A stretch of DNA of 64,000 nt from Eledone cirrhosa (lineage: Eukaryota). The translations under genes were made by a program, and so were the position numbers. Location of the stretch: the NCBI GenBank assembly GCA_964016885.1, contig OZ024750.1, positions 27,652,001 to 27,716,000 of the forward strand, read 5' to 3'. The notes beneath the pieces were generated by a model. The model did no database searches. It saw only the letters and a program-made list of their open reading frames with translations, and was not told where the DNA came from. This document shows positions 1 through 13,722 of the stretch, piece after piece (position 1 is the first letter of the stretch; every line of letters begins with the position of its first letter).

Positions 1-409
1 TTCCTATCAAGTTCTATCATTAAAATCTACCTCCCACCATAAAATAACTATCGCTACTTACATAAGCATGAAATATAAACTCTACAGTGTGGAAATGGAA
101 CTATAATGTTGTAAGCTTCGTATTACATTTATTAAAAACATTAAGGGCGAAACTCTTCCATCTGCAATTCATCAAGAAATTTGAAATCTGATCGAGAACC
201 CGATTTATTTAAGACCTTCTAATGCATGTATGGTCCTGTAATTCCTGAAGGAGTCGTAAGGGCGGCGTATTGATATACGGCGTTTCTTGGGTATTTTAAA
301 ACCTGGTGGAAGCCATCTCCTCACCAGGTTTGAACACATCCGATTTCTTCAAGAGAAGGAAGGAAAGTGAGCGAAAGGAAATGAGAAACAGATATAGAGG
401 AAGAATTGA

Positions 410-562
410 CCCCTGTCCTAGACTGACATTTTTTATCGACCTCAAAAGGATGAAAGGCGAAGTTGACCATGATGGGATTTGATCTCAGCGAGCAGAGAGT
501 CGAAACGACTACCGCAAAGCATTCTATCCACAGTTCTAACGACTCTGTCAATACACCGCCTT
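410..562 (-). mobile_element. Diverged tRNA-derived SINE copy
   Basis: Reverse complement of the SINE core (tttatcgacc...ggatgaaaggcgaagttgacc) and head (caccgcc). Confidence 0.7.
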
Positions 563-589
563 AAGACCTTTTAATAGTCCAGTCAAATC

Positions 590-960
590 TACTTCTTTAG
601 TTCCTTTGGCGCCGTGTAGAGAAATAGGGACATCTCCATACAGCATGCTCGCAAGCTCTGTCATGAATTTGCACTCAGACCACGTCCATGTCTACCAGGT
701 CTTGACTCGTGGGTCCTGTGTCATACGCCCACCTCATCTAACTTCCACTCGAGCTTCCACAAAGCTCTCACTGGTCTCTTTGTGAGCATGCATTGCATGT
801 GGCCAAGCGGCTTCCGCTTTCTTAAGATGATGGTATTCCGTAAGATATTCAGCGGTGTTCTTTCCATGGGCCTTTATTTTTGATGTAATCACGCTAATTC
901 TAAATATCGTCCTATGGAAGCGTCTCTGGTAGATCATTTGAAGTACTCTAAATTCTATTG
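590..960 (-). pseudogene. Decayed RTE-type LINE 3-prime fragment
   Basis: Minus-strand translation fragments (YQRRFHRTIFRI...WPHA...PRVKTW) resemble the RTE ORF C-terminus; stops and frameshifts present. Confidence 0.4.
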
Positions 961-1024
961 GGGTTTTCTACAATTATGTTGGATTAAATATTAAATAGAA
1001 TTCACCGAACAATCAAAATGTGTG

Positions 1025-1165
1025 AGTAAGTAGACCTATTCTTGCGGAAACCATTTTGATTCTACCTCAACACATTTTCGACCTCAGGGCGCATACGATG
1101 AAGTAGCATCGTATTATAAATCTTAGAGGATATAACCGTAAGGGTAATTCCTCTATAATTATGTA
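1025..1165 (-). pseudogene. RTE-clade LINE reverse transcriptase fragment
   Basis: NYRGITLTVISSKIYNTMLLHRMRPEVENVLR*NQNGFRKNRST matches the non-LTR RT motifs NYRGISL...Q.GFR..RS; in-frame stop. Confidence 0.85.
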
Positions 1166-1434
1166 TCTGAACGAGAGTATTTGTCGGTCCTTTTAAGGTC
1201 AATATGTAGACAGAAAACATACTATGATATATAAGATGCAACAATTATGATAACAAACATAGACGTATTTATTCAGAGAAATGTATGAATACTATTACGG
1301 CCTGTTTATTAATTTTTTTTTTTTTTAATTCTAGATAATTGTTCATCCGGTCTTAAAATAAGGTTATTTCTATACCGGATGTACTGTTTTCGATATCGTT
1401 TTAAGAACAGAGTGAAATGATTTAAAGAATCGTT

Positions 1435-1620
1435 GTGAATTGGCAGTATCGGTAGAGGGTTGGACGCCATGCTTTCTAGCATAGTTACGTCCCTTTACAG
1501 TCTGAGTTCAAATCCCGCCGAGGTTAACTTTGCCTTTCATCCTTACGGGGTCGATAAAATAAAGTACCAGTAATGTACTGGGTAATTGCTGGCCTTGTGC
1601 TTAAAGTAGAAACAGTTATT
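1435..1620 (+). mobile_element. tRNA-derived SINE with Nin/Deu-like core
   Basis: A-box-like TGGCAGTATCGG, B-box GAGTTCAAATCC, core gcctttcatccttacggggtcgataaaataaagtaccag, tail ggccttgtgc...gtagaaac. Many near-identical copies in the window. Confidence 0.9.
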
Positions 1621-1830
1621 TCAATACTAGACAGCATTATCTAATGTTTTATTGACAGAAATGTTATTTCAATACTAGACATAGACATAGCATTATGTAA
1701 TATTTCATTGGAAGATTCTTTATATCAATACTTGGCATAGCATTATCTAATGTTATATATATTTTTCAATAGAGTAAAATAATCTGAAGAAATGTTATTT
1801 GAAGAAATGTTATTGATGGTTTAAAGAAAC
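1615..1830. repeat. Degenerate tandem repeat (gttatttcaatactagac...gcattatctaatgtt)
   Basis: Three to four imperfect units visible. Confidence 0.55.
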
Positions 1831-2089
1831 ATTATTATTTCAGAACTGTACAGTTACCGATAGTATCTTTAAAAGTAGAGTGGATTACAATAAGACATGT
1901 AATCTTTGTCTAATGAATTTTATTGTCTGATTAAAAAAAAAATAGAGTGAATGGATTCTGGGAAGAGGTATTTCAGTCTGGAACTAGCTGTTGAAACGTC
2001 AAGAGCTCAGCCGTCGGGGTCCGATTCTTTATAATATAACCATAGTCCAATATCCCAAGTATCGAGTGTAATTTTTTGAAAGTGAATCT

Positions 2090-2166
<77 letters not shown>

Positions 2167-2196
2167 AGATCAAAAGATGGTTAAATGAGTTCCATG

Positions 2197-2267
2197 TATT
2201 TTATTATGCGCATTTCAAAACCAAATATCATCATGCAATAACATTTGTGTTTTCATCAGATAAAATA
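2197..2267 (-). ncRNA. Type I hammerhead ribozyme (PLE-type)
   Basis: Minus strand: tattttat-CTGATGA-[aaacacaaatgttatt/gatgatatttggtttt]-GAAA-tgcgca-TA-ataaaata. 8-bp stem I, palindromic stem III ATGCGCAT. Homolog at 58116. Confidence 0.85.
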
Positions 2268-3662
2268 GGAGGACATGATATGAAGGTTAAAAAACACTTG
2301 TGGATAGTGCAGTTTTAAATCAACATATGAAAAGTAGTTTTAGATTGATGTGTGATATTCTACACATCGAGTACTCACTCTGGTGTAGGTACAGAAAATG
2401 GACGTTACAATCCCTAAATATATAAACATACATATATTTATATACATACACATATATACATATATATATATACACAAATATATATATATATGTGGGGGGG
2501 GGTGTACACACACAAATACACATATGTGTTATTACGTAAGAGCAACTTAGTACTCTATACATAAGAAAAATTAATTGCAAATATACGATGCAACTTCATA
2601 GGAGGCCAGCTATGCCTGTAAAGGTGTGGGCTGCGATTTTGTTTTGTATATTATTACAGAAGAAAATGTATTTCTGTAATGACGAAGGAAAAGGTGAGAC
2701 GGTGCATATGTTTGTGGTTGTGGGAGGTGAGGGATATATCATATTTACTGCATTTCTGAATATGTAGACTACTGAGCTTAAAGGAGTGGATGATTGCATG
2801 GTTCTATTATCTATATGTTTAGACTGCATGTTGCTTTAAATATCAGTATCAACTCTTAAAGTTAACTAGTCTATTGAATATCGCACTAAATCGTGAACTA
2901 AGTACATTAGAACTTATCGATTGACCATGCTTGAAGAACCTTTTCATGTTGAAAGGCAGCATTAAGTTATTTGTAATATAAGGCCGCATTCAAGAAACCG
3001 TAATTATATATTCTTAAAATCTACATTATTTTGTAAAAATCTAATTACTCTGTACTATGTATCTTAAAAAAACAAACAAAAAAAAACGTTACTTTTAATG
3101 ACTTTGATGTGACTGTTTGTTGCAGGAAAGCATTTTGATATTTGGTTGTAACATAGAGGTCTGAAGTTTCAACCGAACCTCTAGATGGGTGTCCACCATT
3201 TGTGATCTCAAAGGTGTCTTGATTTTGGTTAGGTAGGAGAATGTAAATTTGCAGAAATAAGTGGTTTAATTTGAAATAATAAGAGATAGACAAAACCATA
3301 TTAATAAAAACTAAAAATTTGTTGGATATTTTTTATTCTTTCAAAAGCCCACACAGAATGGAAAAGCGGGCTGCATGCGGTTTAAGGCCTGAGAGCAAGC
3401 TGAGCTCTGCCTGAGAGCAAGCCACAAATTAGCTGGTTTAGGTTTTACTTTATTAGAAATTTCTACGGATTTCTTATATTTTAAATATTGGAAATTGTGA
3501 TTCTGTCAAAGAAATATAAAGGTATGGTCAGGTCCGGAATTTCACCTGCTCAAGCCCCAAGCTATATGAAATTGTGAGACTTTCTCTAAATAAAATCGGG
3601 TAAAAAATGTTCAATAAGTATACATTATTATTACTTTTTATATTAATGTTAATGATAAAGAA

Positions 3663-3733
<71 letters not shown>

Positions 3734-3937
3734 TATGTACAAACATATATATATATATATACATATATACACACACACACATATATATATATATAAATAT
3801 ATACACATAAAGAGAGAGGGACAGAGAGAGAGAGGGAGAGAGAGAGAGAGACAGAGAGAAAAGGAGAGATTTGCGAGGTCGAGTCAATGACCTGTTACAG
3901 CAACCTGTTGATTATGACATTAACAAACTGTATTTAT

Positions 3938-3938
3938 T

Positions 3939-4032
<94 letters not shown>

Positions 4033-4152
4033 ACATATATATATATATATATACCGGGTAACAAATAATAGTTATATGCAGTCCACAATTGTCAGCAATG
4101 AGATTAAAAACCTTTTTTGTATAGCAAACCGTGTCACTCTTCTTTCCTGATT

Positions 4153-4240
<88 letters not shown>
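3938..4240. repeat. (CA)n and (TA)n microsatellites
   Basis: Direct inspection. Confidence 0.95.
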
Positions 4241-4244
<4 letters not shown>

Positions 4245-4304
4245 TATATAATACACACACACAAGCACGCATACACGCACACACACACACACATATATAT
4301 ATAT

Positions 4305-4388
4305 ACATAAATTATTAAAAAAATAATGAATAAACAAAGAAACAGTTCCTGAACACTACCGTAAACTTTTGGTAGATTTATCTACATA
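4305..4388. mobile_element. Two oppositely oriented termini of the 48.5-kb hammerhead element family, between TA tracts
   Basis: aataatgaataaacaaagaaacagttcct matches 48575-48603; actaccgtaaacttttggtagatttatctac is the reverse complement of 48426-48457. Confidence 0.7.
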
Positions 4389-4762
4389 TATATATATACA
4401 TATATATATATTGTGTATGGTATGATTTCCTATGAGTCATTGATTCCTTCCAGTCTGCTGTCTGACGTCCCAACTTACTTTTCCTCTTTTCCTCTCATAT
4501 AATCACACCCAGCGCCCACTTTGAGAACCTCTGCTGTTGATATCTCTTCGTCATTACCTGATCTAAATATATTTCATTGTATCCTTCATGTTATTTCAAT
4601 GGTTTGTTTGGCGAAGGATGTAGAATTTGTGTAGGATGTTGTCTATATTTTACTGGTTTAAGACGATTCTTTAAAACATGTGGCCAGACATAAGATGCTT
4701 CATGTATAAAACTTTAGTGCACGAGTATTCTTGTGTGGATTTGTCTCTTTCGGACATGGACG

Positions 4763-5634
4763 TTCTTCTTCTTCTTCTTCTTCTTCTTCTTCTTCTTCTT
4801 CTTCTTCTTCTTCTTCTTCTTCTTCTTCTTCTTCTTCTTTTTCTTCTTCTTCTTCTTTGCCTTCTTCGCCTTTGCCTTCTTCTTTGCCTTTTTCTTCTTC
4901 TTCTTCTTCTTCTTCTTCTTCTTTGCCTTTTTCTTCTTCTTCTTCTTCTTCTTCTTCTTCTTCTTCTTCTTCTTCTTCTTCTTTGCCTTCTTCGCCTTTG
5001 CCTTCTTCGCCTTTGCCTTCTTCGCCTTTGCCTTCTTCTTTGCCTTCTTCTTCTTCTTCTTCTTCTTCTTCTTCTTCTTCTTCTTCTTCTTCTTCTTCTT
5101 TGCCATCTTCTTCTTCTTCTTCTTCTTCTTCTTCTTCTTCTTCTTCTTCTTCTTCTTCTTCTTCTTCTTCTTCTCCTCTTCTTCTTCTTCTTCTTTGCCT
5201 TCTTCGCCTTTGCCTTCTTCTTCTTCTTTGCCATCTTCTTCTTCTTCTTCTCCTCTTCTTCTTCTTCTTCTTCTTCTTCTTCTTCTTCTTTGCCTTCTTC
5301 GCCTTTGCCTTCTTCTTCTTCTTCTTCTTCTTCTTCTTTGCCATCTTCTTCTTCTTCTTCTTCTTCTTCTTCTTCTTCTTCTTCTTCTTCTTCTTTGCCA
5401 TCTTCTTCTTCTTCTTCTTCTTCTTCTTCTTCTTCTTCTTCTTCTTCTTCTCCTCTTCTTCTTCTTCTTTGCCTTCTTCGCCTTTGCCTTCTTCTTCTTC
5501 TTCTTTGCCTTCTTCTTCTTCTTCTTCTTCTTTGCCTCCTTCTTCTTCTTCTTTGCCTTCTTCTTCTTCTTCTTCTTCTTTGCCTTCTTCTTCTTCTTCT
5601 TCTTCTTCTTCTCCTCCTCCTCCTCCTCCTCCTC
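4763..5634. repeat. Compound (CTT)n/(GAA)n polypyrimidine tract with recurring tgcc/cgcc interruptions
   Basis: About 870 bp of CTT units with a repeated ttgccttcttcgcctttgcc module; ends in (CCT)n. Confidence 0.97.
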
Positions 5635-6370
5635 TCATATGAGACCGTTGCTGTCTCAGATGTCTGTCGTTCGCCTGTTTGAGATCAGAAACCAATGTTC
5701 AGTTTTCTGACTTTCCGGCCAAGTCTCAGTGTTGTTTCAACTACGTCCCACGGACGAAATAGCAAAGACATTGCCGCGAAGAATAGCCGGCAACACCTGC
5801 TTCAACAGCCACCCCACCCACCTAAAGAGGCTCCATCCACAGATGGGCCCCTCTCTCTCTCCGATTATACAGAGGAAATCCGCAATGCAAGGACCGAGGA
5901 CACCTGAAATCTGGATAACAACCAATGCGAAAAGGAAGCGGTGTGTCAATCCTCGATATTCTGTTAGTTATTTTCATTTCCTTCTGCATTGTCGGCGGCG
6001 ATACCCGGGTTTGCGGTCGAAGCAAGAATATTGGAGGTAGAGAAAATCATTGGTAGTGTTTTTATTGGAAATGGGGTCATAAAACAGTTACTATTTTGAA
6101 TCTCGAAGATTATTTTAACATCCTTTAATCAAATCCCCCAACAAAATTATTTGCTGTTTTACTCCACTTTGATATAAAACGTACTTCCCGTTTCCTGTTC
6201 CAGATCGAAAATTTCCCCCTTTAGTTACCAGTCTATACAACCACCAGGCAACTTCTTCAAAGGTCGTTTTTTGTAATCTTATTTATTATTTTGCTTCTAA
6301 CCAAGGGTTATTTTATGGTCTACTGATAAACCAACTAAAGGTCACCTTTTATTTTATTTCAAGTATGAAT

Positions 6371-6757
<387 letters not shown>

Positions 6758-6789
6758 TTTACATTTCAGGCAAACAATTCATAACAGGT

Positions 6790-7013
6790 GCATCTCCCCT
6801 GCTCGTTCATAAATTCCCGTTCATGAACAAGAATGAGAAGTAAAGAACGAATAAGAAAATTGAACAAATGAATAAGATTAGCATTCGGTAATCAGAATAA
6901 GGGAGGTAGGTGTAAAAACCGAATTTGCTATCTTCAACTCGGTATTCGTGCCAACGCTTACCTATGGTGATGAGTCTTGGGTAATGACCGAAAGAATAAG
7001 ATCGCGAATTCAA
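6790..7013 (+). pseudogene. RTE LINE ORF fragment (post-RT region)
   Basis: KTEFAIFNSVFVPTLTYGDESWVMTERIRSRIQ matches the RTE motif V.P.L.YG.E.W. Confidence 0.85.
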
Positions 7014-7421
7014 GGCGGTGGATTGGCTGTATCGGTAGAGGGTCGGACGCCATGCTTTGCAGCATAGTTACGTCCCTTTACGATCTGAGTTCAAATCCCG
7101 CCGAAGTTGACTTTGCCTTTCATCCTTACGGGGTCGATAAAATAAAGTACCAGTAATGCACTGGATAATTGCTGGCCTTGTGCCTAACGTAGAAACAATT
7201 ATTATTATTAACATTATTTAACATTAGGGGCGGTGGATTGGCAGTATCGGTAGAGGGTCGGACGCCATGCTTTCCAGCATAGTTACGTCCCTTTACGATC
7301 TGAGTTCAAATCCCGCCGAGGTCGACTTTGCCTTTCATCCTTACGGGGTCGATAAAATAAAGTACCAGTAATGTACTGCACTGGGTAATTGCTGGCCTTG
7401 TGCCTAAAGTAGAAACAGTTA
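7014..7421 (+). mobile_element. Two tandem tRNA-derived SINE copies (7014-7200, 7227-7421)
   Basis: Both full length with A/B boxes, core and tail. Confidence 0.92.
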
Positions 7422-8436
7422 TTGACATTATTTTATTATTAAGGCCAGTTACTACACGGAGCCATATATCTGTCAAACGGCAGATCATCTCTATCAGTGG
7501 CCATTCTACGATCCTTCTCGTATATCAGTGGTCAAATCACAGATCATCTTCTATCGCAATAGACCTCAAAATTGCAACTCAAATTCCCTCAAATCACATC
7601 CTACAACCTTATAAATACTATAGTTCTAGATACATGATGTCTGAAAGTAAGATGAGATGGTCATAGTTGGATAGCTTTTGATCATATTCCAGCTTGATGA
7701 AAGTGTTCCTTTATAAATTCGATATGGCTATACAACAAAAATACATTCATCCATTCCCCCACGCCGTTTCACCCCTCCATTCATTCCTCCATCTGTTTGT
7801 CTAGCTAACCCATATACCTACCAGCCCATCCTTCTATCACTCAATCCACCCTTCTAACAAATCAACAATAATCAATTCACCCACTTTTTTTTTTATCTAC
7901 CCATTCATTCAGCTAGTCAACCACCCTTCCATCCACCCATCTTTTCACCTACCCGACAATCTATACACCCATCCGTCTGTATACGCACCCACACAACCAT
8001 CCATTATCTAACCATCCACCTGCATCTTCATCTACTGATACACCACTCAATTATCCATCCATCTGTCTCTATTCACACATCTATCCACCTAAATGCACGC
8101 CTATCTACCCATGTACCCTGACAGCTATTGTTCATTCATCCACCAGCCACCCAGCCATCCAGTTATGAATTCAGCCAGCCAGCCAGTTATGCACCCAGCC
8201 ATCCAACCATCCATCAAGCCAGTTATGTGCCCAGCCACCGAGCCAGCCAGTATGAGCCCAGCCACCCAGCTACCCACCCAGCCAGCCAGTTATGTATCTA
8301 GCTACCCATCTACCCAGCCAAATGTTGTCTAAACCCATCTACCTACCCGTCCAACCAATGACTTCTAGTATAGACTCAGGGTGACCAATGCCTTTTGATA
8401 GAAATTTCGAAGATGGAAATTGCAGAATCCCATTGC

Positions 8437-8467
<31 letters not shown>

Positions 8468-8527
8468 TGTATGTATGTATGTATGTATGTATGTATGTGT
8501 GTATGTATGTATGTATGTATGTGTGTA

Positions 8528-8643
8528 TGAGTTTTCAAGTCGCTGGCTGGACTAAAAGTCACACTTGTTCAGCGCATCGGTAGGGGTTCTCCTACATGTA
8601 TATAAAGTAGTGGCCGTAATCGAAAACGAGTTGGCAGCCACCA
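8528..8643 (+). mobile_element. 3-prime end of bipartite RTE-derived element (family A)
   Basis: Matches 9537-9652 (gagttttcaagtc...gttggcagccacc). Confidence 0.85.
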
Positions 8644-8734
8644 TATATATATATAAATGTGTGTGTATGTATGTATATATATGTGTATCTATATATATAT
8701 ATATATGTGTATGTATATATATATATATATATAT

Positions 8735-8966
8735 ATTATTAGAAATGTTAGCTATCGCCGTATTTTGAGTAAAGAAATTAAAGAAATTATTTAGCCTGAT
8801 AGTGGGGTTAAGAACCCTCGGAGAAATGGGAAAAGATGAGTATTGACGTGTACGTCAATACTCATCTTTTCCCATTTCTCCGAGGGTTCTTAACCCCACT
8901 ATCAGGCTAAATAATTTCTTTAATTTCTTTACTCAAAATACGGCGATAGCTAACATTTCTAATAAT
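8735..8966. repeat. Perfect palindrome, 115-bp arms, 2-nt centre
   Basis: Arms are reverse complements about gacgt-gt-acgtc (8845-8856); left end abuts a TA tract. Confidence 0.95.
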
Positions 8967-9095
8967 TTCAAATCCACTCGCTGTTTCGAAAATATTCATA
9001 TATATATATATATGTGTATGTATATATGTGTATGTATATATATATATAATATATATATATATATATGTATATATCTGTGTATGTATATATATATG

Positions 9096-10218
9096 TCATG
9101 ATCGGGTCGTTGGCGACTAAACTGGCAACCCCACCAAGGTTTCTTGGTGAGGAGGGTGATTTTGGACATCCTGCGGGACTAAAAACAAAACCTGTCAAAG
9201 AGCTAAGGAGCTCTTAAGAGTCAATGGCCATCCAAAATCACCGGGAGAGATGACCCCTTAGCTTTTGTCAAGGCAGAATTCTAGGAGAAGGAAAACTCTG
9301 ATATAACACCTGCAACCCTGATGGTATCCAATGATGTTGACTTGTTCTTCTTTTTGGTAAATATCATCTTGGTTAAGAGAGTGGGACTGGCTTTGTGCAG
9401 TGCTTTTGCTCACTATAAAAGCTTCACGGCACAGGCATTGCTTTATATCTGGAGATCTCTCTGCACTTGTCGTCACATGGTACCATGGGCCCAGCACTAT
9501 GTCTCAATAATTGTCACAAGTGTAGTGTTTGTACCAGAGTTTTCAAGTCTCTGGCTGGACTAAAAAGTTACACTCGTTCAGCGCATCGGTAGGGGTTCTC
9601 CTACATGGATATAAAGTAGTGGCCGTATTCGAAAACGAGTTGGCAGCCACCATGTATGTATGTATGTATGTATGTATGTATGTCAGGTCACCAGTTGGTG
9701 CTACTGGTAACATGTATCCCAGTACAACCTGCCTCATGGTCGGGTCATTGGCGACTAAACTGGCAACCCCACCAAGGTTTCTTGGTGAGGAGGGTGACTT
9801 TGGACATCCTGCAGGACTAAAAACAAAACCTGTCAAAGGCAGAATTCTAGGAGAAGGAAAACTCTGATATAACACCTGCAACTCAGATGGTATCCAATGA
9901 TGTTGACTTGTTCTTCTTTTTGGTAAATATCATCTTGGTTAAGAGAGTGGGACTGGCTTTGTGCAGTGCCTTTGCTCACTATAAAAGCTTCACGGCACAG
10001 GCATTGCTCTATATCTGGAGATCTATCTGCACTTGTCATCACATGGTACCAAGGGCCCAGCACTATGTGTCAATAATTGTCACAAGTGTAGTGTTTGTAC
10101 CAGAGTTTTCAAGTCTCTGGCTGGACTAAAAAGTTACACTCGTTCAGCGCATCGGTAGGGGTTCTCCTACATGGATATAAAATAGTGGCCGTACTCGAAA
10201 ACGAGTTGGCAGCCACCA
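9096..10218 (+). mobile_element. Two head-to-tail non-autonomous bipartite RTE derivatives (family A) with (TGTA)n tails
   Basis: RTE 5-prime-UTR-like motif tctaggagaaggaaaactctga joined to a 3-prime end encoding a C2H2 finger (CSVC..F....GL.SH...H); further copy at 50746. Confidence 0.75.
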
Positions 10219-10249
10219 TGTATGTATGTATGTATGTATGTATGTATGT

Positions 10250-10785
10250 AGGGTTACTCTTGAGTGCTACTGGTAACATGTAACCCAGTACAACCTGTCG
10301 AACGGTCGGGTCGTCGGCGACTAAACTGGCAACCCCACCAAGTTTACTTGGTGAGGAGGGTGATTTTGGACACCCTGCAGGACAAAAAACAAAACCTGAC
10401 AAAGGGCGGAAGGACTCATAAGAGTCAACGGCTATCCGAAAGTGTGTAAATATGTATATACACATGTACCGCGCGGTAAAACCGCTGGGAGTGAAGCACC
10501 CCAAGCTTTGTCAGAGCATTCTTCTAGGAGAAGGCAACTCAGGAAACTGGGATAATTCCGATATAAACCTGCGGCTCACTAGTTACCGATGATGTTGATC
10601 TTTTCTTCTTTTCGGGTTATAGCTACTGCCGCTCAGAGAGTGGGATTGGCTCAGTGCACAGTCTTTCCTCACTTTAAAATATATCTTCACGCACAGGCAT
10701 TGGACGATAGAATTAATTAATAATTATTAATAATGGTATATCGTGCAATGGCCATACTCGATAACGAGGGGGCAGTCATCATCAT
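10250..10785 (+). mobile_element. Related RTE-derived non-autonomous element (family B)
   Basis: Shares the 5-prime part with family A; 3-prime end ggccatactcgataacgagggggcag then (TGTA)n. Copies at 58345 and 63680. Confidence 0.75.
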
Positions 10786-11372
10786 GTATGTATGTGTGTA
10801 TGCATGTATGTATGTATGTATGTATGTATGTATGTATGTATGTATGTATGTATGTATGTATGTATGTATGTATGTGTACCCGTGTCTATGTTTATGTTTG
10901 TAACTCTGCCTGTGTTAATGTCCCGGTGGTGTCCCAGCAAGGCCGCAGTCTAATGACTGAAACCAGTGGAAGTCAAGAAATATAGAAGTATTCACGAACC
11001 CAACCAACCAGTCATACCCCATCCACATTGCTATTTCACCATACAGCCAGACACCTATCTACCATAAGCCAGCCAACCACCCAACCATCCAGTCATCTAT
11101 CCAACCACTTAGTCAAGCAGTCAAACAGTTATCAGCCCTCCAAACCCAGACAGAGAGCCAGCCTATCTGTCAACCAGTCAGTCAGCCAGCCAGCTTATTA
11201 TGCAGCTATCTACACGATTATTTTTTGCTCTGCCGCCAGCCAGCTTAACAGCTAAACCGCCAGCTATTTACCCTGCCATTTCACTATCCACTCTGTCAGT
11301 CAGCCAAGTTTTCAACCTGCCACCTTACCATCCAGCTAAATAGATAAGTAACCAGCTATCAACCCTGCCTAT

Positions 11373-11404
<32 letters not shown>

Positions 11405-11705
11405 TATCTACCCTAGCAATGAACCTGCCAGGTATCAACACCATCAACCAGCGAGCCAGCCAGAGAAGCCAAACAGCTACCCTTGGGTTCCCTTGGGGCG
11501 AAATAATCTGAGTGGGGTAAAAAATAAAAAATCGGTAATTTTCGAGGTTGTCTCCGTAGATTATTTTAGAAAACCAGAATTAATCGTTTAGTTTATATAT
11601 TAAGACCTCAACCCATACTATTTATTTTATAACGTACGGAATTTCTAATAAAGTACTCTTTTTGTCGTGCATAATATTTTTTAATGTATAAACAAAATAA
11701 AAAAT

Positions 11706-12218
11706 TACCGTGTTTCGTGGCGATGAAGAGGCTACTTTTTTCCTAAAATAAATCTAAAAATCTACCATGCGCCCGAAGGTTGTTCTTACGTCCCTTTACG
11801 GTTTGAGTTCAAATCCTGCCGAGGTTAACTTTGCGTTTCATCCTTACGGGGTCGATAAAATAAAGTACCAGTAATGTACTGTGATAATTGCTGGCCTTGT
11901 GCCAAAAGTAGAAACAATTTTTTTTTTTTTTTTAAAGGGTGGTGAATTGGCAGAATCGGTGGAGTGTCGGACACTATGATTTGCAACATAGAGTTATGGC
12001 CCTCTACGTTCTGAGTTCAAACCCCCGCCGAGGTTAGCTTTGCCTTTCATCCTTACGGGGGGGGGGGGTCGATAAAATAAAGTACCAGTAATCCACTGGG
12101 GTAATTGCTGGCCTTGTGCCAAAAGTAGACACAATTATTTTTTTTTTCAAATTTTTGGTTGTCAAAATTAGGGTGCATCCTCAAGGACGAAGCGTCTTCG
12201 GCGCCGGGAAATACGGTA
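11706..12218. mobile_element. Tc1/pogo-like MITE interrupted by two SINEs (11786-11918, 11937-12138)
   Basis: Inverted ends taccgtgtttc (11706) and gaaatacggta (12208-12218), including TA target dinucleotides. Confidence 0.6.
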
Positions 12219-12666
12219 ATTGTCGCAGGAATGCTACACCACTTAAAATAAAATTTCGCCGGAGATAGATTAGGAAAATTTAATAAGCGGGAGGCGGGGA
12301 TGACAATGGGGGTGGGGTGCGATTGTTCGAAACGTGAGAGTAGGCACCCAGGTATCAATACCTGCTAACGAACCATGCAACTATCAACACTATCAACCCC
12401 CCACCCCAGGCAGCCAGCTAAATGACCTTGAATCCAAAGTGACCAGGAGTAGATTATATACTCCAATAATTTCGTGACTAGCATCACTGTTATTATCTTA
12501 TCATTTGCCATTGTTATTATTGTTGTTATTGTTGTTGTATTCGTCTCATCATCATCATCATCATCACCCAATACTGTATCCTCGAAAACCCCGGACAGTG
12601 TGAGAGAAGTAGAGGGAGCGTGTGTAAGAAACACGAAAGACAACAGACAGACAGACAGATACACAT

Positions 12667-12721
<55 letters not shown>

Positions 12722-12759
12722 GGAATGAGTAGGACCCCGACGGTTGAGCTCAAGCCGTT

Positions 12760-13588
<829 letters not shown>

Positions 13589-13722
13589 TTAATACATAAG
13601 CTAATATCGATATTCCGACCAACTTCCATCTCACTCAACAAACATTAGGAAATACCTAAGTGTATTCCCAATTATACGTTTGGGGTGCTAACTATATTGT
13701 ATTATGTGGAAAGTCGGGTGAA

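Noticed and set aside
1435-1520. tRNA genes at SINE heads
   Set aside because: A and B boxes are present but no cloverleaf; always attached to the SINE body.
4671-5710. Long poly-K/E/R/L/S/F ORFs
   Set aside because: Translations of the (CTT)n tract; no stop codons are possible in the repeat.
5640-6040. GC-richer segment with overlapping short ORFs
   Set aside because: No recognisable domain or splice structure; likely an unclassified transposon remnant.
8794-8830. CTGATAG...GAAA with a hairpin inside the palindrome (similar at 19976)
   Set aside because: Non-canonical core and no stem I/III partner.
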